Shown here: positions 1 through 9,802 of the stretch, piece after piece
Position numbering within the stretch: the stretch's first letter is position 1
Layout: each line of letters opens with the position of its first letter
Assembly (NCBI GenBank): GCA_964569335.1
Contig: CAZMVL010000007.1
Location: 24,027-88,026, forward strand
Length of the DNA stretch: 64,000 nt
Origin: an uncultured Paraperlucidibaca sp.
GTDB lineage: Bacteria > Pseudomonadota > Gammaproteobacteria > Pseudomonadales > Moraxellaceae
Direction of reading: 5' to 3'
The notes under the pieces: model-generated
Seen by the model: only the letters and a program-made list of their open reading frames with translations
The model's database searches: none
Told to the model about the DNA's origin: nothing
Position numbers and translations under genes: made by a program

Positions 1-504
1 GTGCCTGACGGCGACCAGATCAAGGACAAGAAAACACGCACCACCACCAGCAAAGGTGCTGGTATTGCCATCCGCGGCACGGAAGGTCTGGTGGTGTCTT
101 ATGCACGTTGCTGCTGGCCGTTGCCGGGCGACGAGATCATGGGCCACCTGAGTGCTGGCCGAGGCATTGTGATTCATCGTCATAAATGCCAGAACATGTC
201 ATCTGAGCTGCGTAACAATCCGGACAAATGCATGCCTCTGCGCTGGTCTGACAAAGTGGATCGGGAATTCCAGACCGAACTACGCATTTCACTATTAAAT
301 CAGCGTGGCATGCTCGCTATCATTGCCGGTATCGTGACCGATAACGACGCCAATATCGACTTTGTGAATGTGGAAGAAAAAGGCGCACACCACGGCATTA
401 TTCACCTCGGCCTGACCGTGCGCGACCGCATTCATTTAGCACAAATCATCAAGCGCCTGCGTGTACTGAGCGGTATCGACCGCGTCGTCCGCCACCGCGC
501 CTGA
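1..504 (+). CDS. spoT: RelA/SpoT (p)ppGpp synthetase/hydrolase, C-terminal part (5' truncated by window)
   Basis: ARCCWPLPGDEIMG...GIVIHRHKC zinc-finger region followed by an ACT domain; followed by ridA as in the conserved spoT-ridA order. Confidence 0.9.
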   Translation: MPDGDQIKDKKTRTTTSKGAGIAIRGTEGLVVSYARCCWPLPGDEIMGHLSAGRGIVIHRHKCQNMSSELRNNPDKCMPLRWSDKVDREFQTELRISLLNQRGMLAIIAGIVTDNDANIDFVNVEEKGAHHGIIHLGLTVRDRIHLAQIIKRLRVLSGIDRVVRHRA

Positions 505-537
505 CCCTACTGCCAACCCTGCTCACTGGAGGCCCTA

Positions 538-921
538 ATGAACCGCTCCATTATTCAAACCAACCAGGCACCCGCCGCCATTGGCACTTATTCACAAGCC
601 GTCAAGGTAGGTAATACCGTGTATTTATCAGGCCAGATTGGTCTGAATCCGGCCACCATGACCATGGCAGATGGCATTGAAGCGCAGATTGTGCAGGTAT
701 TTGATAATCTGAAGGCCGTTGTTGAGGCCTCTGGCGCTGGCTTTAACGACATTGCCAAGCTGAATATTTTCCTGACTGACCTGGGTCACTTCGCCCTGGT
801 TAACGAAATCATGGCGCGTTATTTTGAGCAGCCTTACCCGGCACGCGCGGCCATTGGTGTGGCCTCGCTGCCGCGTAATGCATTGGTAGAAATGGACGGG
901 ATCGTCTGCATTCCCAGTTGA
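538..921 (+). CDS. ridA: RidA/YjgF family enamine deaminase
   Basis: [29 protein letters not shown] and VEMDG motifs. Confidence 0.92.
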   Translation: MNRSIIQTNQAPAAIGTYSQAVKVGNTVYLSGQIGLNPATMTMADGIEAQIVQVFDNLKAVVEASGAGFNDIAKLNIFLTDLGHFALVNEIMARYFEQPYPARAAIGVASLPRNALVEMDGIVCIPS

Positions 922-944
922 TACCCCGCCCTGAACACCCCGGC

Positions 945-2849
945 TTAGTTGCCGCCCAACAAGGGTGGCCTGACGGTGCCAGTAATACTCACTGCGGGTA
1001 CCAGCAAGTCTCGCGACAAGCTGCTCAGGAATTGCAGGTTATAGCCATACACCAGCAAGCCCACGCTCTCATCATCAGCAATACGCTCGCCCACACCCAC
1101 CATATCAACGCTATGACTACCCAAGCCACGTAATGGCGTAATCTGCTCGTCAATCAGACGTGGGGCTGCCATGCCATTACGCACACCCCAACCAACATGA
1201 ATAATGGCATCACAACCTGTTGCAGGCAGCAAGCCCGCCAATGCCGCCGGAATCATATTGGCGATATCGCAACCATTCAGTGGCAAGCCAGGAATAGAAA
1301 GTTCGACATCCAGTTTGCCAATACCCGCCAGAACACGTCCCGGAGCCGGAGGTAATACCTCAATAAAGGTAGGAGCCAACAAGCTGGTCAGGCCCAATAC
1401 CGAATTAGGTACCGGCAGCAATGTAGCAGGCAATGTAACAGGATCAGTGCTGGCTTCAATGACATCAACATCAACCCATTCAGCATCACTTTCCGCTACC
1501 GACAAACAAACCTTGTCCTGTAACAACGCCAAACCGCTCGTCACCTCAGCACTGATGCTTTCTGCTGATGGTGGATTCAGCTTCTCGTTAAGAAACGCCA
1601 GCACCACATCATCACGGTTCAACACACCACAATTTTCACTACCAGCAGGACCTTGCAGATCAGGCAAGCTGACACCGACACTGTTCAAACCACCCAGTAT
1701 CGGATCAAGCACCATATTCAATGGCCCCAACTGCGACAACACTGTATCGGTACCGGGCAGAATATGACCTGATTCATGGGTAAACAGACGCACATCACCA
1801 CCCAGTGCGGCGTAGCCCTTATAATTTTCCCAGGCCTCATTAAAGTTGAACAGGCCATCACGCATACCCTGCGTGAACAGAATATCAATAGGCGCAGGCT
1901 TCACCGCATCCACTTCATAAGCCGTACTGCCCGACAATGGACCTAACACAAAATTGATAGGGTCTTGCTCGGATACAGGTCGTGCATCCAGAAAATATTT
2001 TGCACTGTGGTAATAAAAAAACGGCAAAGCACCAACATCGATCCGGTTAAAGACTGCACCACGCAGCAGTGTTTCCTTGATGACCGGGTCCAGCCCCTGA
2101 ATCAGTGGTTGAGTCGCACCCACCTCGCCACCTACCACCAACAGCAAGGCCCATGCCGACTTGACCGTACCACCCGGGTTCAGCGAATAGCGTAGATCAT
2201 GAGGTGTAATATTGGGGGTCAACACATCCAGCCGCTGTTTTTCGCGATCCATATTGTGCAGCAACAGCTGATACATGCCGCCATAACTGCCGCCGGTAGT
2301 ACCAACTACCAGATTAAACGAACGATCAGCACGGCGATCATGTGCCAGATAATCCAGATTGTCTTCGGCCCAATCCAGAATTTGCAGCAGATCACGGCCT
2401 TCAAAATTAGGATCCATGACCCTGACCGTGCCACCACTTTCACCAAAGCCACGCTGATCGATACTGATCACGGCATAACCGTTGTCTTGCAAACGCTCCA
2501 GGAAACCACCTTCAGGTGCTGTTTCACGTGAGCCGCCAAAACCATGGCCGTGCAGCATCAATGGATTGCCAGCCGTACAGTTGATCACCTTGGGTTCAAT
2601 GACCTGAAACACAATGGGTTCACCACTGGCCGACGTCAACTCGACCCGATAATTACGACCACCTGCCAATTGCTCGTTACGTGCGCAAGATGCCGCGCCA
2701 TCTGCGCTAGCGACTGGCGTTGGCAATTTGAATGCTGCCACTCGTTGTGCGGTGACAACATTGGGGCTATCCGCTTGATCACCCGACTTGCCACAGCCCG
2801 TCAACACAGTCGCGAGAGAAAGAACAGATACGGTCAACAGTTTTTGCAT
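945..2849 (-). CDS. Lipoprotein, CocE/NonD (peptidase S15-like) alpha/beta hydrolase
   Basis: Start reassigned to ATG 2849 (GAGGG RBS). Lipobox VLTG-C; HGFGG oxyanion, DQRGFGESGG and GGSYGG nucleophile motifs. Confidence 0.75.
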   Translation of the reverse strand: MQKLLTVSVLSLATVLTGCGKSGDQADSPNVVTAQRVAAFKLPTPVASADGAASCARNEQLAGGRNYRVELTSASGEPIVFQVIEPKVINCTAGNPLMLHGHGFGGSRETAPEGGFLERLQDNGYAVISIDQRGFGESGGTVRVMDPNFEGRDLLQILDWAEDNLDYLAHDRRADRSFNLVVGTTGGSYGGMYQLLLHNMDREKQRLDVLTPNITPHDLRYSLNPGGTVKSAWALLLVVGGEVGATQPLIQGLDPVIKETLLRGAVFNRIDVGALPFFYYHSAKYFLDARPVSEQDPINFVLGPLSGSTAYEVDAVKPAPIDILFTQGMRDGLFNFNEAWENYKGYAALGGDVRLFTHESGHILPGTDTVLSQLGPLNMVLDPILGGLNSVGVSLPDLQGPAGSENCGVLNRDDVVLAFLNEKLNPPSAESISAEVTSGLALLQDKVCLSVAESDAEWVDVDVIEASTDPVTLPATLLPVPNSVLGLTSLLAPTFIEVLPPAPGRVLAGIGKLDVELSIPGLPLNGCDIANMIPAALAGLLPATGCDAIIHVGWGVRNGMAAPRLIDEQITPLRGLGSHSVDMVGVGERIADDESVGLLVYGYNLQFLSSLSRDLLVPAVSITGTVRPPLLGGN

Positions 2850-2948
2850 GATGCCCTCGGTAATACGCAGCTCTTTGACCGCTTCAGTCAGTAACATATG
2901 TTTACAGACTGCAATCATACTTCAGTAACTTACAAAAATGGTGAAAAA

Positions 2949-3791
2949 TCAGTCAGCCCTGTAATGCCGCAACACCTCCGTATAACCTGCACGATAATCC
3001 GCAAACATCAGCTCATAGCCCGATTCACGCAAACCCACATTGCGAATTCGCTTGCCCTGACTCAGCTCAGAGCCTGACACCAACGGCGGCATGGGTAACT
3101 GCATTTGATCCGCCAGCCAGCACAGCACATCCGCCTGTGGCGTGGGAGTATCATCAACGCCAAGATAAACTGGCAATAATGACTTTTCCGCCAGTACCCG
3201 CTCGCAAAGATGAGCCAGAAAACCAGCCGCATCAGCCACATGAATACGATTGGTCCAACTCGGCGGCTCTTGCTGCACAGGCTTTGCTTCCTGCACCCAA
3301 CGCAATAGACGATGTCGTCCCGGCCCATACAGCCCACCCAAACGTATCATCGAACACGGCCAGCCAAATGACTGCACACATGCTTCCGATGCCAGCAACA
3401 CCTTGGCCGTCGCAGTGACTGGGCAAGCAGGTGTATTTTCATCAATCCACTCTCCGCCAGATTCGCCATACACACCGGTCGAAGACACCCAGAAAACATG
3501 ACGCAAATTCTGGCCCTGCAAAGCAGCCAACACATTGCGTGTTCCTTCTAGATAAACCTGGCGATACCCCGCCTCTCCACCGCCAGCACTCAGGGCAAAG
3601 ATCACCATGTCCAGACCATCAGGCAGTGACTGCAATGTTTCTGTACGTGTGACATCTGCTACCAGGCCATGCACCCCCTCCAGAGCAACAAGATGACGGC
3701 GCAGGGCATAAACTTCATGCTGCCTGTCAGCCAATAACCGTGCCAACCGACCACCTACATCGCCTGCACCTACAATCAATATCTTTGCCAT
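2949..3791 (-). CDS. NAD-dependent epimerase/dehydratase (extended SDR)
   Basis: GAGDVG Rossmann motif, SSTGVYG, NRIHVAD; divergent from oxyR. Confidence 0.85.
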   Translation of the reverse strand: MAKILIVGAGDVGGRLARLLADRQHEVYALRRHLVALEGVHGLVADVTRTETLQSLPDGLDMVIFALSAGGGEAGYRQVYLEGTRNVLAALQGQNLRHVFWVSSTGVYGESGGEWIDENTPACPVTATAKVLLASEACVQSFGWPCSMIRLGGLYGPGRHRLLRWVQEAKPVQQEPPSWTNRIHVADAAGFLAHLCERVLAEKSLLPVYLGVDDTPTPQADVLCWLADQMQLPMPPLVSGSELSQGKRIRNVGLRESGYELMFADYRAGYTEVLRHYRAD

Positions 3792-3806
3792 AAGTCATGA
3801 AATTCG

Positions 3807-3843
3807 ATAGCGTCGCTTTATTGCGACCATAATTTCATTTTGC
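3807..3843. promoter_or_regulatory. Putative OxyR binding site
   Basis: ATAG-N7-TTAT-N7-ATAA-N7-TTGC compared with the OxyR consensus ATAG-N7-CTAT-N7-ATAG-N7-CTAT; immediately upstream of oxyR. Confidence 0.65.
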
Positions 3844-3856
3844 CACGGATTTCAAC

Positions 3857-4756
3857 ATGACCCTGACTGAACTGCGTTATCTGGTAGTGCTGGCTCAAGA
3901 GCTGCACTTTGGGCGCGCCGCAGAGCGCTGCCATGTGTCTCAGCCCACGCTGTCGGTTGCTATCAAGAAGCTGGAAGAGTCACTCAACATGAGTATTTTT
4001 GAACGCCATCGCCATGGTGTGCTGGTAACACCTACCGGAGAGGTACTCATCAAACAGGCACAAACTGTACTGAACGAAGCAAATTTGCTGGAACGGCTGG
4101 CCATGCAATCACAGGATGAGTTTGCCGAGCCGTTACGACTGGGGGCTATTTTTACCGTCGGCCCTTTTGTTTTTCCTGAGCTGATACGCCATATCAAGCG
4201 CAAAAACAGCCCACTTAAACTGTATCTGGAAGAAAACTACACACACGTTCTGGCCGAACGTCTGAGCAATGGCACATTGGATGCCATTCTGGTTGCCCAC
4301 CCCTTTGACCCGCCTGAAACACGTATCACCCCTGTTTTTGATGAATCATTCAAATTGCTGATCCCCAGCGGCCACGAATGGGAAAGCAAAACGAAAATTG
4401 ACTCCCGGTTATTGAGTGATAGCCCGGTATTGATGCTGGGCGAAGGCCACTGCTTCCGTGATCAGGTACTGGAAACCTGTGCATTGGGCCAGCAAAGCCC
4501 GAATGCCATGCCCGGCAGCTCGCTGATGACACTACGCCATATGGTCGCATCCGGCTTGGGGCTGACACTGATTCCCGCTTCTGCCGAACAACAGATGGTA
4601 GATATTGATGTCATCGCCAAGCCATTGTCACCAGCTCCGTCACGCCAGGTACTGCTGGCCAGCCGCTATCGTTTCCCCAAACAGCGTGCGCTGGAAGAGC
4701 TGACCCGCTGCCTGCTGGATCTGCAACTCAACGGCACCGAAAAAGTATCACGCTGA
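3857..4756 (+). CDS. oxyR: LysR-family H2O2 sensor OxyR
   Basis: LysR HTH; GHCFRDQVLETC carries both redox cysteines at the C199/C208 spacing; oxyR-recG operon arrangement. Confidence 0.85.
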   Translation: MTLTELRYLVVLAQELHFGRAAERCHVSQPTLSVAIKKLEESLNMSIFERHRHGVLVTPTGEVLIKQAQTVLNEANLLERLAMQSQDEFAEPLRLGAIFTVGPFVFPELIRHIKRKNSPLKLYLEENYTHVLAERLSNGTLDAILVAHPFDPPETRITPVFDESFKLLIPSGHEWESKTKIDSRLLSDSPVLMLGEGHCFRDQVLETCALGQQSPNAMPGSSLMTLRHMVASGLGLTLIPASAEQQMVDIDVIAKPLSPAPSRQVLLASRYRFPKQRALEELTRCLLDLQLNGTEKVSR

Positions 4757-4757
4757 T

Positions 4758-6842
4758 ATGACTCAGGTAGCGGGCTATTTACAGGATCGCGGCATAGAAC
4801 AGCTGAAAGGGGTTGGGCCCGCGCTGGCCCAGCGCTTGCAACGTCTGGGCATCAACAACATTCAGGATCTGTTGTTTCTGCTGCCACGACACTATGAAGA
4901 CAGAACCCGTATTACGCCCATGGGTGCATTGATGCCAGGCATGTCTGTCGTTTGTGAAGGCGAAGTGCGTTTGGCCGATGTCGCCAATGGTCGTCGCCGG
5001 GCCATGCTGGTTCGCCTGCATGACGGCACTGGCAGCCTGACGCTGCGCTACTTTCATTTCCGCATGGCGCAGAAAGACAATTACCCGGCAGGCCTGCGAA
5101 TTCGTGTATATGGCGAAGTCCGTGCTGGTCCGGCAGGGCCGGAAATGGTGCATCCGGAATCGCTATCGACAGAGCAGGATTTACAGCATGGCGATGATTT
5201 AAGCCTGACGCCAGTCTATCCACTGGTTGAAGGGCTGACCCAACGTCGCCTGCGTGAGTTGATCATGCGGGCATTGCCACTGCTGGATGATCCTGCCGCC
5301 CTGATTGATCAACTGCCTCAGCAGCATACGCTGGGCTGGCGTCTGCACGACGCTCTGCGACTGGTACATGCACCACCACCGCAAACCAATCGCGAACTAC
5401 TGGCACTCGGCACTCACCCTGCACAGCAGCGCCTGGCCTTTGAAGAACTGGTTGCCCATCAATTGGGCATGCTGCAACGACGTCAACTGCAACGACGCCT
5501 GACTGCGCCGGTTATTGGGAACGATCAGGACCTGAGTCAGCGTTTTATACAACAGCTGAGCTTCCAGCTCACCAAGGCACAACAACGGGTGCTGCACGAC
5601 ATTGTGAGCGACATGACCAAACCACAAGCCATGCTGCGATTACTGCAAGGAGACGTAGGCGCAGGCAAAACCGTTGTGGCTGCATTGGCCGCCTGCCCTG
5701 CGCTGGCAGCCGGTTGGCAAGTCGCCATCATGGCTCCCACCGAAATCCTGGCCGAACAGCATTATCAGCGCTTTTGCAGCTGGTTTGAGCCACTGGGCAT
5801 CCGACTGGGCTGGCTCAGCGGACGTCTGACCGCAGCCCAACGCCGACCCGTGCTCGCTGGTCTGGCCAGTCATGATGTGCAAATGGTGATTGGCACTCAT
5901 GCCCTGTTTCAGGATGCCGTGGAATACCAGCGTCTGGGACTGGTCATTATTGACGAGCAACACCGCTTTGGTGTTGAACAACGACTGGCGCTCACGCGCA
6001 AAGGCCTAACCGCTGGCATACAACCACATCAACTCATCATGACCGCCACGCCGATTCCGCGCACGCTGGCCATGAGCGCCTATGGCGATCTGGACACCTC
6101 GATCATTGACGAACTGCCGCCCGGAAGACAGGCGATTCAAACCGTTGTCTTATCCAGCCAGCGACGTAATGAACTGATCGAACGTATTCGTGCTCATGTC
6201 AAAACAGGGCAACAGGTGTATTGGGTATGCACTCTGATTGATGAGTCCGAACAGATTCAGGCTCAAGCCGCACAGGTCGCCTGTGAACTGCTGCAAACCA
6301 GCTTGCCGGAAATAACAATTGGTCTGGTACATGGTCAGCAAAAAGCCAGTGAAAAGGCAGATACCATGGCTGCCTTTGCAGCAGGACAAATTGCGGTTCT
6401 GGTAGCAACAACGGTCATTGAAGTGGGCGTTGATGTGCCCAATGCCACCCTGATGATCATCGAAAACCCGGAGCGCTTAGGGTTGTCACAGCTGCATCAG
6501 TTGCGTGGTCGTGTCGGTCGTGGCGCGTTGGCCAGTTATTGTGTGCTGCTGTATCAATCACCGGTATCGCATCAGGCCAGACAACGTTTGCAAATTCTGC
6601 GCGACTCGCAAGACGGCTTTGTCATTGCCGAACATGATTTGCAATTGCGTGGCCCGGGTGAAGTATTGGGCACACGTCAAACCGGAGATGTGAGCTTTAA
6701 AATTGCCGACCTGTTACGTGATCACGAACTGCTGGATGACGCACGCACATTAGCCACTCAACTCATGCGCAATCAGCCTCCTGCCGGGGATTATCTGATT
6801 ACACGCTGGTTATCAAAGCGTAACGACTATACACAGGTCTAA
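4758..6842 (+). CDS. recG: ATP-dependent DNA helicase RecG
   Basis: GDVGAGKT, DEQHRFG, TATPIPRTL, QLRGRVGRG and TRQTG motifs. Confidence 0.96.
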   Translation: MTQVAGYLQDRGIEQLKGVGPALAQRLQRLGINNIQDLLFLLPRHYEDRTRITPMGALMPGMSVVCEGEVRLADVANGRRRAMLVRLHDGTGSLTLRYFHFRMAQKDNYPAGLRIRVYGEVRAGPAGPEMVHPESLSTEQDLQHGDDLSLTPVYPLVEGLTQRRLRELIMRALPLLDDPAALIDQLPQQHTLGWRLHDALRLVHAPPPQTNRELLALGTHPAQQRLAFEELVAHQLGMLQRRQLQRRLTAPVIGNDQDLSQRFIQQLSFQLTKAQQRVLHDIVSDMTKPQAMLRLLQGDVGAGKTVVAALAACPALAAGWQVAIMAPTEILAEQHYQRFCSWFEPLGIRLGWLSGRLTAAQRRPVLAGLASHDVQMVIGTHALFQDAVEYQRLGLVIIDEQHRFGVEQRLALTRKGLTAGIQPHQLIMTATPIPRTLAMSAYGDLDTSIIDELPPGRQAIQTVVLSSQRRNELIERIRAHVKTGQQVYWVCTLIDESEQIQAQAAQVACELLQTSLPEITIGLVHGQQKASEKADTMAAFAAGQIAVLVATTVIEVGVDVPNATLMIIENPERLGLSQLHQLRGRVGRGALASYCVLLYQSPVSHQARQRLQILRDSQDGFVIAEHDLQLRGPGEVLGTRQTGDVSFKIADLLRDHELLDDARTLATQLMRNQPPAGDYLITRWLSKRNDYTQV

Positions 6843-6923
6843 TATGCTTGTTGCAGCCCGGACATTCACTTAATCTAACCTAAGTTGTTTTTTGATCGCC
6901 AATACGTCAAGGATCGGTTGTCT

Positions 6924-7715
6924 ATGCTGAAGCGTTGCCTTTCCGCCTTCTTTGCCAGCCTGATACTGCTCAGCAGTGTTGCCCAGGCCGTGCCAAGAGT
7001 GGCCAGTGAGCGCTTGTTTAATGGCGACATCAGCGAACTGCACCGTCAGGCTCGTCAGGGTTCCGCACAGGCTCAGTACAACCTGGGCAATCTGTATTAT
7101 CACGGCGAAGGCGTCATGCGTAATCGCCACAAGGCCTTGGAGTGGTTCACGCTGGCCGCACGTCAGGGCTTGCCACAGGCGCAATACAATCTGGGTGCGT
7201 TATACGCCAGTGGTATTGGCGTCAAACGGGACTATGCCGTAGCTAACACCTGGTTCCGTCTCGCCATTGAGCAGGACTATGCCCCGGCGCTATATGCCTT
7301 GGGTATGGCCTATAGTACCGGACATGGTCTGGCTGTTGATCATCGGGCTGCAGCAACCCTGATGCTCAGAGCTGCCGAACTGGGTCATCCACTGGCACAA
7401 AATAACGTGGGACTGATGTATGACAATGGTGTCGGCCTCAGCACCAACAAACGACAGGCCGCCAACTGGTATGAGCGCGCAGCCAATCAGGGTGTCGTTG
7501 AAGCACAATTCAATCTGGGGCAGATGTACAAGACTGGCTCGGGTGTGCGTAAAAACAGCAGCAGAGCCGCCGAATGGTTTCAGCGGGCAACCGATCTGGG
7601 CTATGGCAAGGCCATGGTTGAACTTTCAGAGATGTATCGCAAAGGTGATGGTGTTCGAAAGGACTCACGCCGCGCCACAGAGCTCATGCTGCAAGCAAAA
7701 GCTCTGGGCGAATAG
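6924..7715 (+). CDS. Secreted Sel1-like repeat protein
   Basis: Signal peptide ending AQA; about six 36-aa repeats of AQYNLG.xY..G.GV..D/N...A..W..AA.QG. Confidence 0.88.
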   Translation: MLKRCLSAFFASLILLSSVAQAVPRVASERLFNGDISELHRQARQGSAQAQYNLGNLYYHGEGVMRNRHKALEWFTLAARQGLPQAQYNLGALYASGIGVKRDYAVANTWFRLAIEQDYAPALYALGMAYSTGHGLAVDHRAAATLMLRAAELGHPLAQNNVGLMYDNGVGLSTNKRQAANWYERAANQGVVEAQFNLGQMYKTGSGVRKNSSRAAEWFQRATDLGYGKAMVELSEMYRKGDGVRKDSRRATELMLQAKALGE

Positions 7716-7724
7716 CAAAGTGGC

Positions 7725-8888
7725 TTAAGCCAGAATAGGCGGCAACGCTTTGGCCAATTCTGATTTCACCTGCATATTGCTGGCAAAACTGCCGGTCAAT
7801 GCAAATCCCAATAGTTGACCTGACTCACTCACGAAGCTGGCTTTCACATTTTGCCCGTCGGCTTCGATCTGCCACGAGCCTTGTGTCTGCGGAGCCACTG
7901 GCGACACCACCACTGGGCATACCGGGGTCTTGATCTGTACCGGCATGGCAGGGTAATTAACCGGTGTCGGTGTGCCTGTCAGGGTTTTGGCCAGCGCACG
8001 TGCAGCCGCCATTAATGGCAGCACATACATCAGCACCTTGCCTTCCACTTCGGCACAATCACCCAAGGCATAAATATGCTCACGACTGGCTTGCAACAAA
8101 CGATCCGTCACAATGCCCCGTGCCACTTGCAAGCCGGCATCTTGTGCCAGTGCAATACGCGGACGCAAACCAATGGCCGACAACACCAGATCGGCCTGTA
8201 CCTCGGTACCATCTGACAAGGTCACGACAACACCATCAGCAGCCTTGTTAACCGCTGTCACTCCGGCGCCAAAGTAAAACTGCACACCCAGCGAAGCCAG
8301 ACCTTCGGCCACGGCAGCGGAAGCACGCTCCGGCAACAAGGTAGGTAACGGACGTCCCATTGGCTCGACCAGAGACACCTGATAGCCAGTCGCGGACAGA
8401 TCATTGGCAAATTCGCAACCAATCAGGCCACCACCAATAATCAGCACCCTACGCTGCGTGTCTTCACCCAGAACGGCACGAAAACGTGCGTAATCTTCCA
8501 GGTCATTGACCGAATAGACCTGCTCTGCACCATCACCGGCCAATGGCGGACGAAATACATCAGCGCCCACGGCCAGCACCAGATCGGCATAACGAATGGC
8601 TTCACCATCTACCGTAATGGTACGCGTATCAGCATCAATAGCGGACACCGTGACACTGGCACGAACCGTCGCCTTCAGCTGTTCTGCCATGACATCAGGT
8701 GTTGCCATGGCCAGCGTATCGGCTGTTTTACCCTTGCTCAGTGCATTCGAGAGCATGGGCTTGGAGTAACTGCGACCATCATCCTGCGAGATCAGCAATA
8801 GCGGGCGCTCGGCATCGAGCTTGCGCAACTCTCGCGCCAAGGTATAACCGGCCAGACCAGTCCCGAGAATGACTACAGGCTCCATCAT
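7725..8888 (-). CDS. rubB: Rubredoxin-NAD(+) reductase
   Basis: GTGLAG FAD motif, YSKPMLS, GGGLIGCE NAD motif, IYALGDCA; TGATG coupling to the rubredoxin stop. Confidence 0.9.
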   Translation of the reverse strand: MMEPVVILGTGLAGYTLARELRKLDAERPLLLISQDDGRSYSKPMLSNALSKGKTADTLAMATPDVMAEQLKATVRASVTVSAIDADTRTITVDGEAIRYADLVLAVGADVFRPPLAGDGAEQVYSVNDLEDYARFRAVLGEDTQRRVLIIGGGLIGCEFANDLSATGYQVSLVEPMGRPLPTLLPERASAAVAEGLASLGVQFYFGAGVTAVNKAADGVVVTLSDGTEVQADLVLSAIGLRPRIALAQDAGLQVARGIVTDRLLQASREHIYALGDCAEVEGKVLMYVLPLMAAARALAKTLTGTPTPVNYPAMPVQIKTPVCPVVVSPVAPQTQGSWQIEADGQNVKASFVSESGQLLGFALTGSFASNMQVKSELAKALPPILA

Positions 8889-9052
8889 CAGATCTCCGTC
8901 ATCTCGAAATCTTCTTTGCCTACGCCACAATCCGGGCAAACCCAATCAGCAGGAATATCGTCCCACTTGGTACCTGCAGCAATTCCATCCCACGGCATAC
9001 CAACGGCTTCGTCATACACAAAGCCACATACAATGCATTGCCACTTTTTCAT
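8888..9052 (-). CDS. rubA: Rubredoxin (54 aa, absent from the ORF track)
   Basis: Manual translation [54 protein letters not shown]; two CxxCG motifs. Confidence 0.97.
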   Translation of the reverse strand: MKKWQCIVCGFVYDEAVGMPWDGIAAGTKWDDIPADWVCPDCGVGKEDFEMTEI

Positions 9053-9233
9053 AATGTTCACCCTAAGCTGATAGTTGAATAGCTGCCAAAGCTACGTGCG
9101 CAAGACAGGCTTAGCAATCCAGGCGCGCGTATGTTACATCAAAGACTGTTAGAATGTCGCGGCCAACGCCCGCCAGTCAGGACTCGCAGGCTGACATGCG
9201 GCTTAATTTCCCTAATAGCCCAAGACTATTTTT

Positions 9234-9788
9234 ATGCGCCATCAATCAGGCCAAACCCACTGGCCTCAGCCTAAACGCTGGCATATCCGGCAACAACTCA
9301 TTTCATCGCCCGATGCAGCGTCATGGTATTGGCTGCAATTGCCAGGCTCACTCACAGCAGCACTCAAGATACTGGCCGACGGTGATTTGCGCATACAGGT
9401 TTTATTTGAAGGCTGGCACAAGCCCACTCTGGCTGAACGTCAACAGCTTCGGCTACCCCATGACCGACTGTTGTGGATACGTGAAGTACAGCTGATAGGT
9501 CGTGGCGAGCCCTGGGTGCATGCGCGCTCACTGCTACCCCCGCGCAGCCTGAACGCAGCCGGACAACGCCTGACCCGCCTGGGTAATCGATCTCTCGGCA
9601 GTGTCCTGTTCAAGCATCCGGCCCTGCGCCGCACCGGTATTGAGTTTGCGCAATTACAACATCCAGATGGCCAGTTATGGGCACGCCGCTCCAGACTGCA
9701 ACTGCACGGCCACGCCGTATTTGTCGCTGAAGCCTTCTTACCGGCATTATTGGCCTATCACGCCACGCGGTGCACCGCTGCCCATTAA
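9234..9788 (+). CDS. ubiC: Chorismate pyruvate-lyase
   Basis: GSLTAAL, REVQL, ARSLLP, LGNRSLG and WARRS motifs; upstream of ubiA. Confidence 0.9.
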   Translation: MRHQSGQTHWPQPKRWHIRQQLISSPDAASWYWLQLPGSLTAALKILADGDLRIQVLFEGWHKPTLAERQQLRLPHDRLLWIREVQLIGRGEPWVHARSLLPPRSLNAAGQRLTRLGNRSLGSVLFKHPALRRTGIEFAQLQHPDGQLWARRSRLQLHGHAVFVAEAFLPALLAYHATRCTAAH

Positions 9789-9802
9789 CTCAGAGACCTG
9801 TT

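Noticed and set aside
2520..2535. parS-like TGTTTCACGTGAGCCG in the hydrolase gene
   Set aside because: Only 13/16 match, with one arm broken, and about 50 kb from the parS cluster. At most a half-site.
9215..9229. ATAG-N7-CTAT before ubiC as an OxyR site
   Set aside because: A single half-site without the flanking tetranucleotides; plausible by chance.
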